A stretch of 64,000 nt of DNA, taken from the IMG/VR virus record IMGVR_UViG_3300027733_000040, positions 32,989 to 96,988 of that record; one strand, 5' to 3'. How positions within the stretch are numbered: the first letter of the stretch is position 1; the number at the start of each line of letters is the position of its first letter. The stretch is from a virus. The notes under the pieces were generated by a model. That model ran no database searches and had not been told where the DNA came from. It saw nothing but the letters and a program-made list of their open reading frames with translations. This document shows positions 16,268 to 26,803 of the stretch, one piece after another. Position numbers and translations under genes: made by a program.

Positions 16268-19200
16268 ATGGCAGATAATACAGATATAACGAGATCTAAT
16301 TATGTCGAATTAATCTCTGTAGATGTCGATTCAATGCTAATGGTGTGCAATGATAAGTACAAGACCGTTGAGAGCAGCTTGCCTAGGATTTTGAACGGTA
16401 TAGATTATCAGGCTTGTGATGCGCTTGCTGTTGTTGCGCCGCCAACAAATAAATTTGTGACAAATGTAGAAAATGTTCCAGGGTCTTTAAGAGAATTAGT
16501 AAGACGACCCAATGTTATTCTCACATCGTTTAACGCTATTAGTTTTTTAGGTCAGGATATTAATTTAGACACCACCGATAATATACCAACTATCACGTCG
16601 ACTATTCCGACTCTGCCTGATATTAATTGCCAAAAATTTGGCACTTCGGTCTCTTGCAAGAAGAATAGTGACAAATGTTCCATCGATTTGCATTTTATAG
16701 ATGCTTCGAGTTTAAATACCGGCATTGCCCCAGGCAGAGCGTTACTCCAGACCAACAAGGCCCTGCTTAGCGGTGGGTATGATTATCGATTGGCTATATC
16801 TAAAGTCAGAGGCACACCAGAATATATCGGGTTTTTCGCTGGTAAACAATACTATAAGCTTTCACTAAATACATTAAAGGGTTTTTGGGATAATTCTTGT
16901 GAGAATGACAGGATGATGGTCGATAAGTATGCCGCAATGGTTTCGGAGCCTGTTAATTCTTCTACAGTAAATCTAATCGGTGTTTCAACTGCTAACGCTT
17001 TTACATATGGTTTTAATAGTCAGTCATATGGTAGTCTTAGTAATATTGCAGTCTCATCCATAGTGAGATCTGTCGGGTTTAAGATGGAGCTGGCATTAAC
17101 CAGTTCAGGTAAGGCGTTAGATGGAAGCTGGCGGTTTGATCTTGCGCCGGCCAGTGGCCTTAACCTTAACCCTATGTTTAACACTAGCGGTCGCACGGGG
17201 CCATTAAATTATCAAATATTAATCGATTCGACTAAAAATCTATCGGGAATGGCCGATAATGATTTTTCTTTAAACGGTGCTGATCTTAAAAAAGTAGAGC
17301 CTTCGGATTATCTGCGATTTAGATCCTTAGCGACTAAGATCTTTTGCATTTATGTAGATCATCGTACTACTGGATTAGCATTAGACGATAACTTTAATTT
17401 TATAGATTCTGCGGTCGGCGGCTCAGACCAATTTGAGGCATTTAGGCAAGCCATACAATGTGGCCATAAGTTTTTGTTTATTTTAAATGACGAAACGATA
17501 AGCGCGTCCCAAGATTACTATAATTTTGTAGCGTCAGTCGGTATTGCTAGCGCAGCGGTTGTGCTAATAGATAGTCAGACCGCAGCGGGCGGTGAATACT
17601 TTGACCAGATATTTAGCTCTATAAATACTTTGTGCGGTTATGTTGGTCCTAACACGACACCAGGTGTATCGGCTTTTGGCTCTGTTAAGGAATTATGGCA
17701 GGGAGGATCGCTTTTTAAAGGTTCTAATCTTAAATCATTAACTCACTTCAAGATAAATAGTAGCTACACGTCACCAGACACGACTCCGCGGATACCTGAA
17801 GTATTAACTAACAATGAATCTTTAATTAGTTATGATTCTGTATTCGATAGGATTCTTTATATTGAGCAATCAGACGATTCCGTCTATAGATTATTTGCCA
17901 TGAATATGAAAACACGTGAACGTTCTGCAATTGCACCTTTACCTTTTTTGTTCGATATTGTGATAGGTTTAGACAGCAATGTTCCTTCAGTCCAAATGTA
18001 TGACCCTGGAATGCGGTTATTTTTCATTGGTACTAGTTCTGGACATCTATATTCGGTCGATGTTACGACCGGAAAATCGTCAGAGATCGTAATAAACTCG
18101 ATAGACTTTGTGCCAAGGCCAGAGCGGCGATATCCATCTATTACAGGGATTGGTATAGGGTATGTTCCATCTTACGATTACAATGGGGTTACTGATTTTT
18201 CTGGCCATCGTGCACTGTTTGTAGGATTCAATGCCGCAGGTTCGAATGATATCAAGCGTTATAGTATCTTGCGATCTTATGTTTATGATGTGTTGGTCTT
18301 TAATAAAACAGGGATAGCATCAAAAATAACACCATTAGTAAGTCTTGATTTGCCTTTGGCTGGAATGGCGAATCTGCGCAGTTTTAGTTTTATGTGTGCT
18401 CCAGTTTTTAATTATCTTATTAAGAATTTGCCTGCCACACCGGTCTCAGAATTTGTTTCAAACCAGAAATTGCCTGGTCTTTTGTTATGTTATGATATTA
18501 TGGACACCAACCAGAATCAAATAACACCGGAATCTGGACGTTGTGTTGCGATAAATCCGTTGATTCTCAATAAAGTGTTTGCGAGTCAAGCAAGCATCCA
18601 ATATAACATATTAGATACTTTTATTATACCGGCTTATTATCCTGTTACCAATCGTGCCGATTGGGTTACGATTGACGATTTTGGCGGCTCGGTTATCTGG
18701 TCCTCATTAGACATTACGCCCACGAAAACAGTCCTCGATTATTATTATGTGCCGGTACCTCCTGCTGGCGTTGACAATAAAGGCATCGAATTTTTCCCTT
18801 CTCTTGCTGTTTTATTAAATAGCTATGAGGCTGGCGGCAATGTTAGTAGTATTTTCTTCAGAGATTCTTTAGAATGTTCCGTTGGTGTAAAGGGTGTCGA
18901 GAGGCATGACTTTGGGCCTAAGAATATGAATTGTTGGGACCTTAGTAATAGTGCTTCAGCCCCTGTGTCTGATTCTTTTGTCGGTAATGAATTAGTTCTT
19001 AGATACGGAGAATCTGTTAGTAAAAATTATAACCTCGAGGCCGGAAAATACTTTGTCACTATAACCACTTCCGATTATCGCATAGGTACTGACGATGCTG
19101 GGCAAAATCTTACTGGTCTGGTTGATATTATTACTTCTGGAGGTAGCAGGTTCCATTATCTGCCAGCGCGACTAGATTCGACACCATTGGAAAAATTAAA

Positions 19201-22200
19201 GGTGCAATCGGTCCCTTTTCAAGGCGTTAACCCAACAGCTATAACCACAGCTGGATCATTAACCTACTTATTTGATATGCCAGCAGCGTTTAATATTACA
19301 CTTAAGAATAATTTAAAACCAGGGGCGATTACTTCTGAATTCGATAACACTAAATTCATTCCTCGTGGCGTTGGTGTCTACGGTATTAAGTTATGCAAGC
19401 TTCTTGATCAAACAGTTATATTAGATGGTATAAAGGATGTAAAATTAAACATCTCAGTTACTGGTATACCACGCCAAGAAGTGAACATTTTTTCGGCATT
19501 TGTTAAGGTGACTTACAGAGATTATGGAAGGCCAAATGTTAAAAAGGTCGCTTATCGCGAAGTCATTACGGACGGGCGTTCATCGCCGTATGCTGGTAAC
19601 AGCGTGCCTGTCGATTGTGACTATAGCGACACATGCAATTATTGGAAACAAAACGGCAATGGCGGCATACCCTCACAGTATGTGCTAAATCAGATTAGAC
19701 ACAGCGATTCACAGATGGAATCGACTACCAATTTTAAAATAGTCGATGTTACGTTATATAATAATTGCATCTGGTGTATACCAGCTGGATCGAGCAGGTT
19801 TGATCAAGCTACTGGAAAATATGTTCCGACAGATACCGCAGATACTTATACCATATTCTTTGGTGATTTTAAAACAGATATGATTGTAGAATCTATAGAG
19901 TATTTCTTCTTAGTTAATAAGATAGTCGATACTTCGAGTACCCCGCCAACTTGTGTCGACAATAAATCAAATTGCAAACCTGACCCAGCAACAGATATTG
20001 TAGTCCACTTAGATTACACTAATTGTAACAAAGAAATTAAGAGATTAACTCGAACTATAAATATCGGTTCTATAGTAGCAATAGAGCATGATCTTAGTAA
20101 AGTATTTCCTAGCAGTAGATGGGATTATATTAGACCACCATCTTCAAACGGAACGGCTTTGGGGCCACCAATTGGAAATGCTATTAACGGCAAAATAGGT
20201 GAATGGATATCATTTAAAGAGATTCTAGATAATACGACCGGTACTGGCGCTGACCAGTGTTCCGCCCCTATTTCTAATCAGTTGATATATAATGGTACTT
20301 CTTTAACTTCCGATCGCCCTACTGGCTGCGATATTCCAAATCCAAAAATCGGTGCTATAAGCCTTTTTGCTAAAAAAGTAAAACCTGCATTTGTCATAAC
20401 TGACATATCTGAGACTTCTCTAACAAATGAAATTCAATATATTACAATACCGCAAGCCGATGGTGGCATCTTTAAGCTTACTTTTGCTAAAAATGGTGTA
20501 ACCCAGACGGTGACTGTTCCTTATAATGTAACAGCCGCTCAGCTAAAGACTATTTTAGAAGCGAACACGCTAATTGGTCCTAACAATGTTCTAGTTACAG
20601 CGGTCGGCACAAAAAGTTATAAGATTGAATTCGTTGGAGCATTAAAAGGTTTAGCTATTCCGATTATGAAACCCATAAGCGATGGTCTTATTGGAACGTA
20701 TTTTGCTTATACAAGTCGTTCAGTGGTTGGCACCAAAAACGAGAGGCAAACCATAAGCAATGTTTCTGCTTCTAACAGAGCTTTTACCATTTTTTTTGCC
20801 GGCCAACAAACGGTAACAATTCCATACGATGCTAGTTTGAATACTGTCAGGGCCGCTTTGTCTGCATTGCCTTCAATCGGCGGCGGGAATGTTGCTGTTT
20901 CTGGCCAGACTACTAATTATGATGCCCCTTATACTGGCCCATGGAACATTGATTTTATAGGCACTTTTGCAGGAAAGAATGCATCTAGGCTCTCCACATC
21001 TAACAAGGACTATGTTGTTTATGTCGATTGGGTCGGTGGTATAGGTGTTAATGAAGTGCAAAAATTCAGCTACAAGGCCAATTCCGGTAGATTTAGTCTA
21101 TCATTGTATGGACCGACTGGTGCTTTTTGTACAACAGCGCCGATCGAGGCCACAGCTACCAATAGCGATATAGTTAAGAGTATAGTAGCAAATTGTAGTT
21201 TTTATGCTGCTGAAGACATTGGGTTAACGTTAGTCCAAAACGGAAATGTTTACGACTGGACTATAGAGTACAAAGGCAAGGCGACAGCCCAACCTGTTAA
21301 GCAGATAGGTATACAATCAGTCGATCTTGTCGGTGACGAAGTCACTGTTGTTAGAGTAGAAAAAGGTGGCGGTAAGCCACAAAAGATTAGATGGTCGTAT
21401 ACAAATGCCACAGCAGGTTTTTATATTTTAAGATTCGAATCAATCGATAAGCATATTTATTTTTCAGACAGGATATATTATAACGCTACGGCGGCAGAGA
21501 TACAGACGATCATAGAGAGTATGACTTTATTTGCGCCTGGTGACGTGACGGTTGTCCAATTAGACATAGGTGTTGTTGGGTCATACGAATATGTGCTTAC
21601 TATTAAAAAGAAAATAAGTGCACTACAAGTTACAGCCATTTTTGAGACCACGTTATTTGGAAGCCCAATTTCATATTATATCGTGCCTGATGGGCCATAT
21701 CCTTACCCATTGCCTTATTGTCCGTCTTTGACGCCTAAGATACATGGTGTTGATGGGTTGGTCTGCGTGCCTTTTCCTCCCGAGGAGGGCGATCCTTTTG
21801 CAGATGAGATATGCTGTACCCCAGAGACCATATCTAGCGCTGCAAATAAATCGACATTCTTTAAGATCGAAAGAGATCTTTTCAGTCCTAGTTTTCAGAT
21901 TAATGGTAAGTTAGCCACTGTGGGTTCGCTTATGGCGGCTAGGAATTTTAAGAAAAGCATTTATAAACCTTACTATTTAGTATCTAATACCTGTGTCGAC
22001 CTTGTCGAGGCGAAATACACAGATGAAATTAAGAGCCGGACCATTATCGTGATTATTAATAAGAAGGTCGATCTTGAAGTCCCTAAGATCAGAATTATAA
22101 ACCGCATCAAGAGTAATTATCCTAAGCTTGATTATTGTAGAGCTTTATCTTTTGAGAAAAACAAGGGTGGTCAGGATTTTCCAGATATATTGCCAGATAA

Positions 22201-22216
22201 AAACTATAATATATAA
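16268..22216 (+). CDS. giant (1982 aa) putative virion or fiber protein with C-terminal repeats
   Basis: long beta-rich ORF; propeller-like central part; four ~104 aa repeats. Confidence 0.6.
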   Translation: MADNTDITRSNYVELISVDVDSMLMVCNDKYKTVESSLPRILNGIDYQACDALAVVAPPTNKFVTNVENVPGSLRELVRRPNVILTSFNAISFLGQDINLDTTDNIPTITSTIPTLPDINCQKFGTSVSCKKNSDKCSIDLHFIDASSLNTGIAPGRALLQTNKALLSGGYDYRLAISKVRGTPEYIGFFAGKQYYKLSLNTLKGFWDNSCENDRMMVDKYAAMVSEPVNSSTVNLIGVSTANAFTYGFNSQSYGSLSNIAVSSIVRSVGFKMELALTSSGKALDGSWRFDLAPASGLNLNPMFNTSGRTGPLNYQILIDSTKNLSGMADNDFSLNGADLKKVEPSDYLRFRSLATKIFCIYVDHRTTGLALDDNFNFIDSAVGGSDQFEAFRQAIQCGHKFLFILNDETISASQDYYNFVASVGIASAAVVLIDSQTAAGGEYFDQIFSSINTLCGYVGPNTTPGVSAFGSVKELWQGGSLFKGSNLKSLTHFKINSSYTSPDTTPRIPEVLTNNESLISYDSVFDRILYIEQSDDSVYRLFAMNMKTRERSAIAPLPFLFDIVIGLDSNVPSVQMYDPGMRLFFIGTSSGHLYSVDVTTGKSSEIVINSIDFVPRPERRYPSITGIGIGYVPSYDYNGVTDFSGHRALFVGFNAAGSNDIKRYSILRSYVYDVLVFNKTGIASKITPLVSLDLPLAGMANLRSFSFMCAPVFNYLIKNLPATPVSEFVSNQKLPGLLLCYDIMDTNQNQITPESGRCVAINPLILNKVFASQASIQYNILDTFIIPAYYPVTNRADWVTIDDFGGSVIWSSLDITPTKTVLDYYYVPVPPAGVDNKGIEFFPSLAVLLNSYEAGGNVSSIFFRDSLECSVGVKGVERHDFGPKNMNCWDLSNSASAPVSDSFVGNELVLRYGESVSKNYNLEAGKYFVTITTSDYRIGTDDAGQNLTGLVDIITSGGSRFHYLPARLDSTPLEKLKVQSVPFQGVNPTAITTAGSLTYLFDMPAAFNITLKNNLKPGAITSEFDNTKFIPRGVGVYGIKLCKLLDQTVILDGIKDVKLNISVTGIPRQEVNIFSAFVKVTYRDYGRPNVKKVAYREVITDGRSSPYAGNSVPVDCDYSDTCNYWKQNGNGGIPSQYVLNQIRHSDSQMESTTNFKIVDVTLYNNCIWCIPAGSSRFDQATGKYVPTDTADTYTIFFGDFKTDMIVESIEYFFLVNKIVDTSSTPPTCVDNKSNCKPDPATDIVVHLDYTNCNKEIKRLTRTINIGSIVAIEHDLSKVFPSSRWDYIRPPSSNGTALGPPIGNAINGKIGEWISFKEILDNTTGTGADQCSAPISNQLIYNGTSLTSDRPTGCDIPNPKIGAISLFAKKVKPAFVITDISETSLTNEIQYITIPQADGGIFKLTFAKNGVTQTVTVPYNVTAAQLKTILEANTLIGPNNVLVTAVGTKSYKIEFVGALKGLAIPIMKPISDGLIGTYFAYTSRSVVGTKNERQTISNVSASNRAFTIFFAGQQTVTIPYDASLNTVRAALSALPSIGGGNVAVSGQTTNYDAPYTGPWNIDFIGTFAGKNASRLSTSNKDYVVYVDWVGGIGVNEVQKFSYKANSGRFSLSLYGPTGAFCTTAPIEATATNSDIVKSIVANCSFYAAEDIGLTLVQNGNVYDWTIEYKGKATAQPVKQIGIQSVDLVGDEVTVVRVEKGGGKPQKIRWSYTNATAGFYILRFESIDKHIYFSDRIYYNATAAEIQTIIESMTLFAPGDVTVVQLDIGVVGSYEYVLTIKKKISALQVTAIFETTLFGSPISYYIVPDGPYPYPLPYCPSLTPKIHGVDGLVCVPFPPEEGDPFADEICCTPETISSAANKSTFFKIERDLFSPSFQINGKLATVGSLMAARNFKKSIYKPYYLVSNTCVDLVEAKYTDEIKSRTIIVIINKKVDLEVPKIRIINRIKSNYPKLDYCRALSFEKNKGGQDFPDILPDKNYNI
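20426..21660 (+). repeat. four ~104 aa protein repeats (NExQxIxxxxAxxGxFxLxF...T..IxY.AT...I...LE...G.V.V...Y.IEF.G)
   Basis: repeat starts at 20426, 20738, 21050 and ~21370 (312 nt spacing for the first three); visible only at protein level. Confidence 0.75.
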
Positions 22217-22232
22217 TATGGAGGAAAGTTTT

Positions 22233-22457
22233 ATGTCTTTTGAAAGCATTAAAATTTATCGTGACTATCAGATCGTTAATGGTTTCGTCCAAGTACCGCC
22301 AAATCTCGAAAAGGACCGCACCACTTTTACGACCAGTCAGGTGTTGTCTGATATTTCTGGGTCTGAAATATATGAAATGAATTCTGTCGGCTCTGGCGCT
22401 ACAACTGGTTCTGGTTTTGGCCGCCCAAGCACTATCAGATTCGAAGTAACCTTTTAG
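22233..22457 (+). CDS. hypothetical protein
   Basis: GGAGG RBS before ATG 22233. Confidence 0.6.
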   Translation: MSFESIKIYRDYQIVNGFVQVPPNLEKDRTTFTTSQVLSDISGSEIYEMNSVGSGATTGSGFGRPSTIRFEVTF

Positions 22458-23170
22458 GAAAACAATAGTGTTTTTAATGTCGGCCTGAAATCCCTCGATT
22501 TGATTATTTTAGCTGGCCCAGATTCAGGCAGATTTATCAATATGCCATGGCTCAATTTGATGTTTAAATTGCGCTCCAATATTAGTCTATATAAACTTAG
22601 CTGTATGCTATAGTGGTTTAATGAACAGTCTTCAAGTCCGTTAAATGGGCTTTTCATCTTTTCATATTTGTTATCTAATTTTACGGTGCCGGTCTTCCAG
22701 TCTAGCAATGAAGTTACTAACTTGCCATTATATTCTAATTGTATAAGAGCGTCTATTCTACCAGCGACTTTTGCGGTAGTGTCACCGATGACCCATTCAG
22801 TTTTAAGAGTAGTAGCGTTATACTTTTTCTTTAAATCGTCCCAGAGTTCTTTGGCTGCTTTAACTTCATGTGGTAAACCTGTGATGTCTATATCTTCGCC
22901 TTTTATTATCATTTCGGCGGCATTGTGGACTATCGTGCCCTTTTCTAAGCTTACTTTTCCTTTCGCATCCCATCGTTCTAAGATTGTCTGCTGACTAACC
23001 CCTTCTTTTTTTGCGCTGTGTTTGCTCCATCTTTCAGTATCAAAAGGCTGTTTATATTTTGATAGATATTGGGTCACAGACACTAATCTTTCGTCACCAA
23101 ACCAATATGAATGATTTTCGTCGATATATGTTATTTCGTCGAATTTGGTGGTTTCGAAGATCTCTTTCAT
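22454..23170 (-). CDS. PD-(D/E)xK exonuclease (RecB/Cas4-like)
   Basis: SVTQ, GTIVH, E..AGRIDAL, DWKT, YSIQLSLY. Confidence 0.85.
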   Translation of the reverse strand: MKEIFETTKFDEITYIDENHSYWFGDERLVSVTQYLSKYKQPFDTERWSKHSAKKEGVSQQTILERWDAKGKVSLEKGTIVHNAAEMIIKGEDIDITGLPHEVKAAKELWDDLKKKYNATTLKTEWVIGDTTAKVAGRIDALIQLEYNGKLVTSLLDWKTGTVKLDNKYEKMKSPFNGLEDCSLNHYSIQLSLYRLILERNLNIKLSHGILINLPESGPAKIIKSRDFRPTLKTLLFS

Positions 23171-23196
23171 GGTTGAATACTCTATGTATATATTAT

Positions 23197-23334
23197 ATGG
23201 AAGAAGAGGTAGATTTAACCATTGTTGATCGCGAGCCGACTAAGCAGACCAAAAAGGTCAAAGAGGTACCGCCTTATTATGAGGATACAGATGAAGATGC
23301 TGGTGGGTTTATTCAGGATCTTGATTATAAGTAA
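23197..23334 (+). CDS. small acidic hypothetical protein
   Basis: 45 aa ORF between two minus-strand genes; TGTATA motif just upstream. Confidence 0.4.
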   Translation: MEEEVDLTIVDREPTKQTKKVKEVPPYYEDTDEDAGGFIQDLDYK

Positions 23335-23689
23335 CCTCATTTTCTAATTTTTCGATGTAATCAGTGATTACATGTTCTTCATCGATTAGATTGATATTTC
23401 CCTTTGTGTCGCCAGACACAATATTTGGATTTATCGTTACGTAAATTAGTTCTTGGTGTAAACTAGCTATGGTCTTTAGCATTTCTATCAGATGTTTTTT
23501 ATTAGTACAGAGATTTGCATGTATGTTTAGATCGTCTTTATATGTCGCTTCGATCGCTGATTGGAATGCATTTGCCATTTCGCTGTCTGTATAAATCGGA
23601 AGATAATATCTAGCATCTTTTTCATATGAAAAAATCTTATGATACTTTTCGAATAATCCACAGCTAAATATTATGTAATATTCTTTCAT
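23309..23689 (-). CDS. hypothetical protein
   Basis: AGGAG RBS. Confidence 0.6.
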   Translation of the reverse strand: MKEYYIIFSCGLFEKYHKIFSYEKDARYYLPIYTDSEMANAFQSAIEATYKDDLNIHANLCTNKKHLIEMLKTIASLHQELIYVTINPNIVSGDTKGNINLIDEEHVITDYIEKLENEVTYNQDPE

Positions 23690-23737
23690 TAGCCTATCTC
23701 CTGTGGGTATATACTTTACGCTTAAAAGGAGTGCAAA

Positions 23738-24007
23738 ATGGATAAGAAAACACCATATCCTGGTTTCAACCCTAGTTTTAAGAATGTTAAGAAGAGAAAT
23801 GGTAATTTTAGAACTGTGTTGGTATTAGAGGTGCTTAGTAAGAAACAATTGACACAGACCATAAAGGCTTTGATAGGAGAGCAGGTTGAAGCTAAGCTTG
23901 AACAGCTTATGGGCCGAAATGGCCTTATCGATTACGATGTGGTTTCAGATGATCGTTTTGATGTATTATTGCAAGAAGGGCTACGTATGGTCACTGAAGG
24001 GTATTGA
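23738..24007 (+). CDS. hypothetical protein
   Basis: AAGGAG RBS. Confidence 0.65.
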   Translation: MDKKTPYPGFNPSFKNVKKRNGNFRTVLVLEVLSKKQLTQTIKALIGEQVEAKLEQLMGRNGLIDYDVVSDDRFDVLLQEGLRMVTEGY

Positions 24008-24065
24008 CAGAGTTGTTGGGATCTGTTACAGTAAAAACAGACACAATTACTTTACTGGAGGATTC

Positions 24066-24722
24066 ATGGAAGGTAAATACAGAATATTAAACATCGATGG
24101 TTCGATTAGTTCTAAACTTTATGATCTGATTGAGGAAACATCAACCCAAAGGGCGACTCTACGGTCGGTTGGTGAAAGTAAAGAGATCTTAGTTCATAAA
24201 AACCGAATGATACCCGTAGATAAAGTTGATAGTGCGGTGTGTATCGTGTCAGGCGGAGTCGAGTTAGCCATTTGTCCAAAATGTTTAACTATCAGCAAGA
24301 AGACGCTTGGCCTTGAGAATTTTTTATGTGAACGCGGTTGTGGTAATTATCCTTACCATAACCTTGGTTCTAACGGCCTAGCTTTAAGGAGTAGAAAGAT
24401 AATGGAATTGAAGAATAAAAATGTTTTTAACTTAGAAGATGTTAAAAAGTATCCTGACTTTCGTGTTTGGAGCAAATTAAACAAATTTAATCATCCAAAT
24501 ATTGACTCTAGATCTATAATTATCTTGCATTCTTCTGATAAGCCCAGAAAATTGCAATTTAACACTTATAATGGCTCTTTGGGCAAAAAATCACCGCCAC
24601 TACCACTGGAAGCTTTCGATAAAAATGAAGCTCCGCAGGGAAAATGCCCTTGGTCGATTATCGCCAGTGTTGATGCTGAAGAAAATCGATTGAAAGAGTC
24701 AGGATATGAGCGCTCTATCTAG
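24066..24722 (+). CDS. hypothetical protein with zinc ribbon
   Basis: GGAGG RBS before ATG 24066; CPKC...CERGC. Confidence 0.65.
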   Translation: MEGKYRILNIDGSISSKLYDLIEETSTQRATLRSVGESKEILVHKNRMIPVDKVDSAVCIVSGGVELAICPKCLTISKKTLGLENFLCERGCGNYPYHNLGSNGLALRSRKIMELKNKNVFNLEDVKKYPDFRVWSKLNKFNHPNIDSRSIIILHSSDKPRKLQFNTYNGSLGKKSPPLPLEAFDKNEAPQGKCPWSIIASVDAEENRLKESGYERSI

Positions 24723-24794
24723 GAGTTCGCAATTTCTGAAGATGAATTATCAGAAATCAATAAGAAGTATTCCGCCATCCTTGATGACATTAAA

Positions 24795-25016
24795 ATGTTA
24801 GAGGAAATGATATCTATATTGCCTTCAAGAACAGCACTCGAACTTAGGAGTGTGTTTGGCAAAATTATGCGCGATATTGCCGTTTGCCACAAGGGTTTAG
24901 CAATTCTTGCTAAAGAAAAAGTGGATTCATTAGTATCAGATTTGAATTATATGTCATTTGATCTTGAAGCCACAAGGAGAGAGCGGGATGAATATAAAAG
25001 AAAACTTGGCGAATAA
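24795..25016 (+). CDS. coiled-coil hypothetical protein (frame open upstream to 24723)
   Basis: helical ORF overlapping the fcl start. Confidence 0.55.
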   Translation: MLEEMISILPSRTALELRSVFGKIMRDIAVCHKGLAILAKEKVDSLVSDLNYMSFDLEATRRERDEYKRKLGE

Positions 25017-26004
25017 TTTAAAAAGAGAATCGATATTAATCACAGGTGGTGCTGGTTTTTTAGGTAACAAAGTCGTCCAATGTTTCATGGAAAACGGTTT
25101 TGGCTCAGAATGTGTAAGAGGCCAGAAAGCCAGACCTAATAATGTTTATATTAATCGATCAGTATTATTCGATCTTACTATTGAGTCACATGTTTCAGAA
25201 TTGTTCAGCCGTCTATCGCCTACCATAGTTATACATCTAGCTGCTGCTGTCGGTGGTATCGGTGCTAATCAAAAAACACCAGGTTCTTTTTTTTACAAAA
25301 ATGCCATGATGGGGATACTTCTACAAGAGTATGCTAGAAGGCATAATGTTAAAAAGTTCGTTACTATCGGCACAGTTTGTTCATATCCTAAATTCACGCC
25401 ATCACCTTTTAAAGAATCAGATTTATGGAATGGCTATCCGGAAGAGACAAATGCGGCCTACGGCATCGCAAAAAAAGCCTTGCTTGTGCAGAGCCAAGCC
25501 TATCGCCAAGAGTATGGCTTTAATGGGATTCATCTGTTGCCCGCCAACTTGTATGGTCCGCTTGACAATTTTGATGATAGCACATCACATGTTGTCCCAG
25601 CGATCATCAAAAGAATCTACGAGGCCAAAAGAGACAAATTAGATCATGTAACCGTTTGGGGCGATGGTTCACCCACTAGAGAATTTCTATATGTGGATGA
25701 TGCAGCGAGAGGTATAGTGCAAGCTACCTCGACATATGATAGTCCTGAACCAATAAATTTGGGATCAGGGAGAGAGATTAGCATAAAAGATTTAACGACC
25801 AAGATAGCTCAAATAATTGGATATGATGGTCTAATAAAATATGATCATTCAAAGCCCAACGGGCAGCCTAGGAGGAGCCTCGATAGTACGCAGGCAGCAC
25901 TAAAATTTAATTTTCAGACGACCACTGATCTTGACACAGGGCTAAAAACTACTATTGATTGGTATATTGATCACATTTCTTCTATTGGAGCAGTTAGAAA
26001 ATAA
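24988..26004 (+). CDS. fcl: GDP-L-fucose synthase
   Basis: TGGAGFLG, HLAAAVGGIGAN, YGIAKK, NLYGPLDNF..SHVVPA, WGDGSPTREFLYVDD, KPNGQPR. Confidence 0.92.
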   Translation: MNIKENLANNLKRESILITGGAGFLGNKVVQCFMENGFGSECVRGQKARPNNVYINRSVLFDLTIESHVSELFSRLSPTIVIHLAAAVGGIGANQKTPGSFFYKNAMMGILLQEYARRHNVKKFVTIGTVCSYPKFTPSPFKESDLWNGYPEETNAAYGIAKKALLVQSQAYRQEYGFNGIHLLPANLYGPLDNFDDSTSHVVPAIIKRIYEAKRDKLDHVTVWGDGSPTREFLYVDDAARGIVQATSTYDSPEPINLGSGREISIKDLTTKIAQIIGYDGLIKYDHSKPNGQPRRSLDSTQAALKFNFQTTTDLDTGLKTTIDWYIDHISSIGAVRK

Positions 26005-26005
26005 A

Positions 26006-26803
26006 ATGAAAAGTCGTATTGAACGTGTTCTTCCAACCGCTTATCTTATAGGTCAAACGACACTTGATTTAGATCAATTAACCAAATATCTCGAAGATAC
26101 TGACGCCAAGCCATTCGTTAGAGAAGTAGAAGAAGCAAGATTTTCTGGTGTGTCTGATATGGAGATTATTTGTTCCGTATATGCTAAATTATGCTATAAA
26201 TCTTTTGTCGTTGGTACGAATAAAAACATAACAAGAACGAGATCTATAAAGGATAACATCAAAGGATGTTTCGATGTTAAGCATGGCAGCATATTCGAGC
26301 ATGTTTTCTTTAATTTTATCATTAAAGATTGTTCAAGGATTTTTACACATGAGCTTGTACGACACAGGGTCGGCACAGCCTTTAGCCAAAATTCTGGGCG
26401 CTATATTAGAGAAGATGTGATACGTGTTGTTCTTAGCCCAGACATAGAGCATTCAAAAAAGATCGACGCTATCTTAGAGAATATCTGCGCCGGTTATGAT
26501 GAGTTAGATTATGAATTAGATATCGATTCTACTATAAGGTTCGACGAAAAGAAAAAATTAACCAGTTCTATCAGACGAATCCTGCCTAATATGTGCGCTA
26601 ATGACATAGGTTTTACTGTCAATGTCCGAGAATTAAGACACATACTTTTGATGCGTACTTCCCGCCATGCCGAATGGGAAATGCGGTATGTTTTTGACAA
26701 GATTTATAAATTATTACTACCAAAATATGGTGCCTTTTTCCATGGTTTGCATGTAGGGTCACATGAAGGATATGTAGAGATTACTGAGGAGCCTTATGTA
26801 TAA
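26006..26803 (+). CDS. thyX: FAD-dependent thymidylate synthase
   Basis: HGSIFEH, RHR-x7-S-x-R signature (RHRVGTAFSQNSGRY), NVRELRH, HAEWEMR. Confidence 0.92.
   Translation: MKSRIERVLPTAYLIGQTTLDLDQLTKYLEDTDAKPFVREVEEARFSGVSDMEIICSVYAKLCYKSFVVGTNKNITRTRSIKDNIKGCFDVKHGSIFEHVFFNFIIKDCSRIFTHELVRHRVGTAFSQNSGRYIREDVIRVVLSPDIEHSKKIDAILENICAGYDELDYELDIDSTIRFDEKKKLTSSIRRILPNMCANDIGFTVNVRELRHILLMRTSRHAEWEMRYVFDKIYKLLLPKYGAFFHGLHVGSHEGYVEITEEPYV

Noticed and set aside
22454-23170. Cas4 as part of a CRISPR system
   Set aside because: It lacks the Fe-S cysteines and there are no cas genes or array. It is a generic phage exonuclease.
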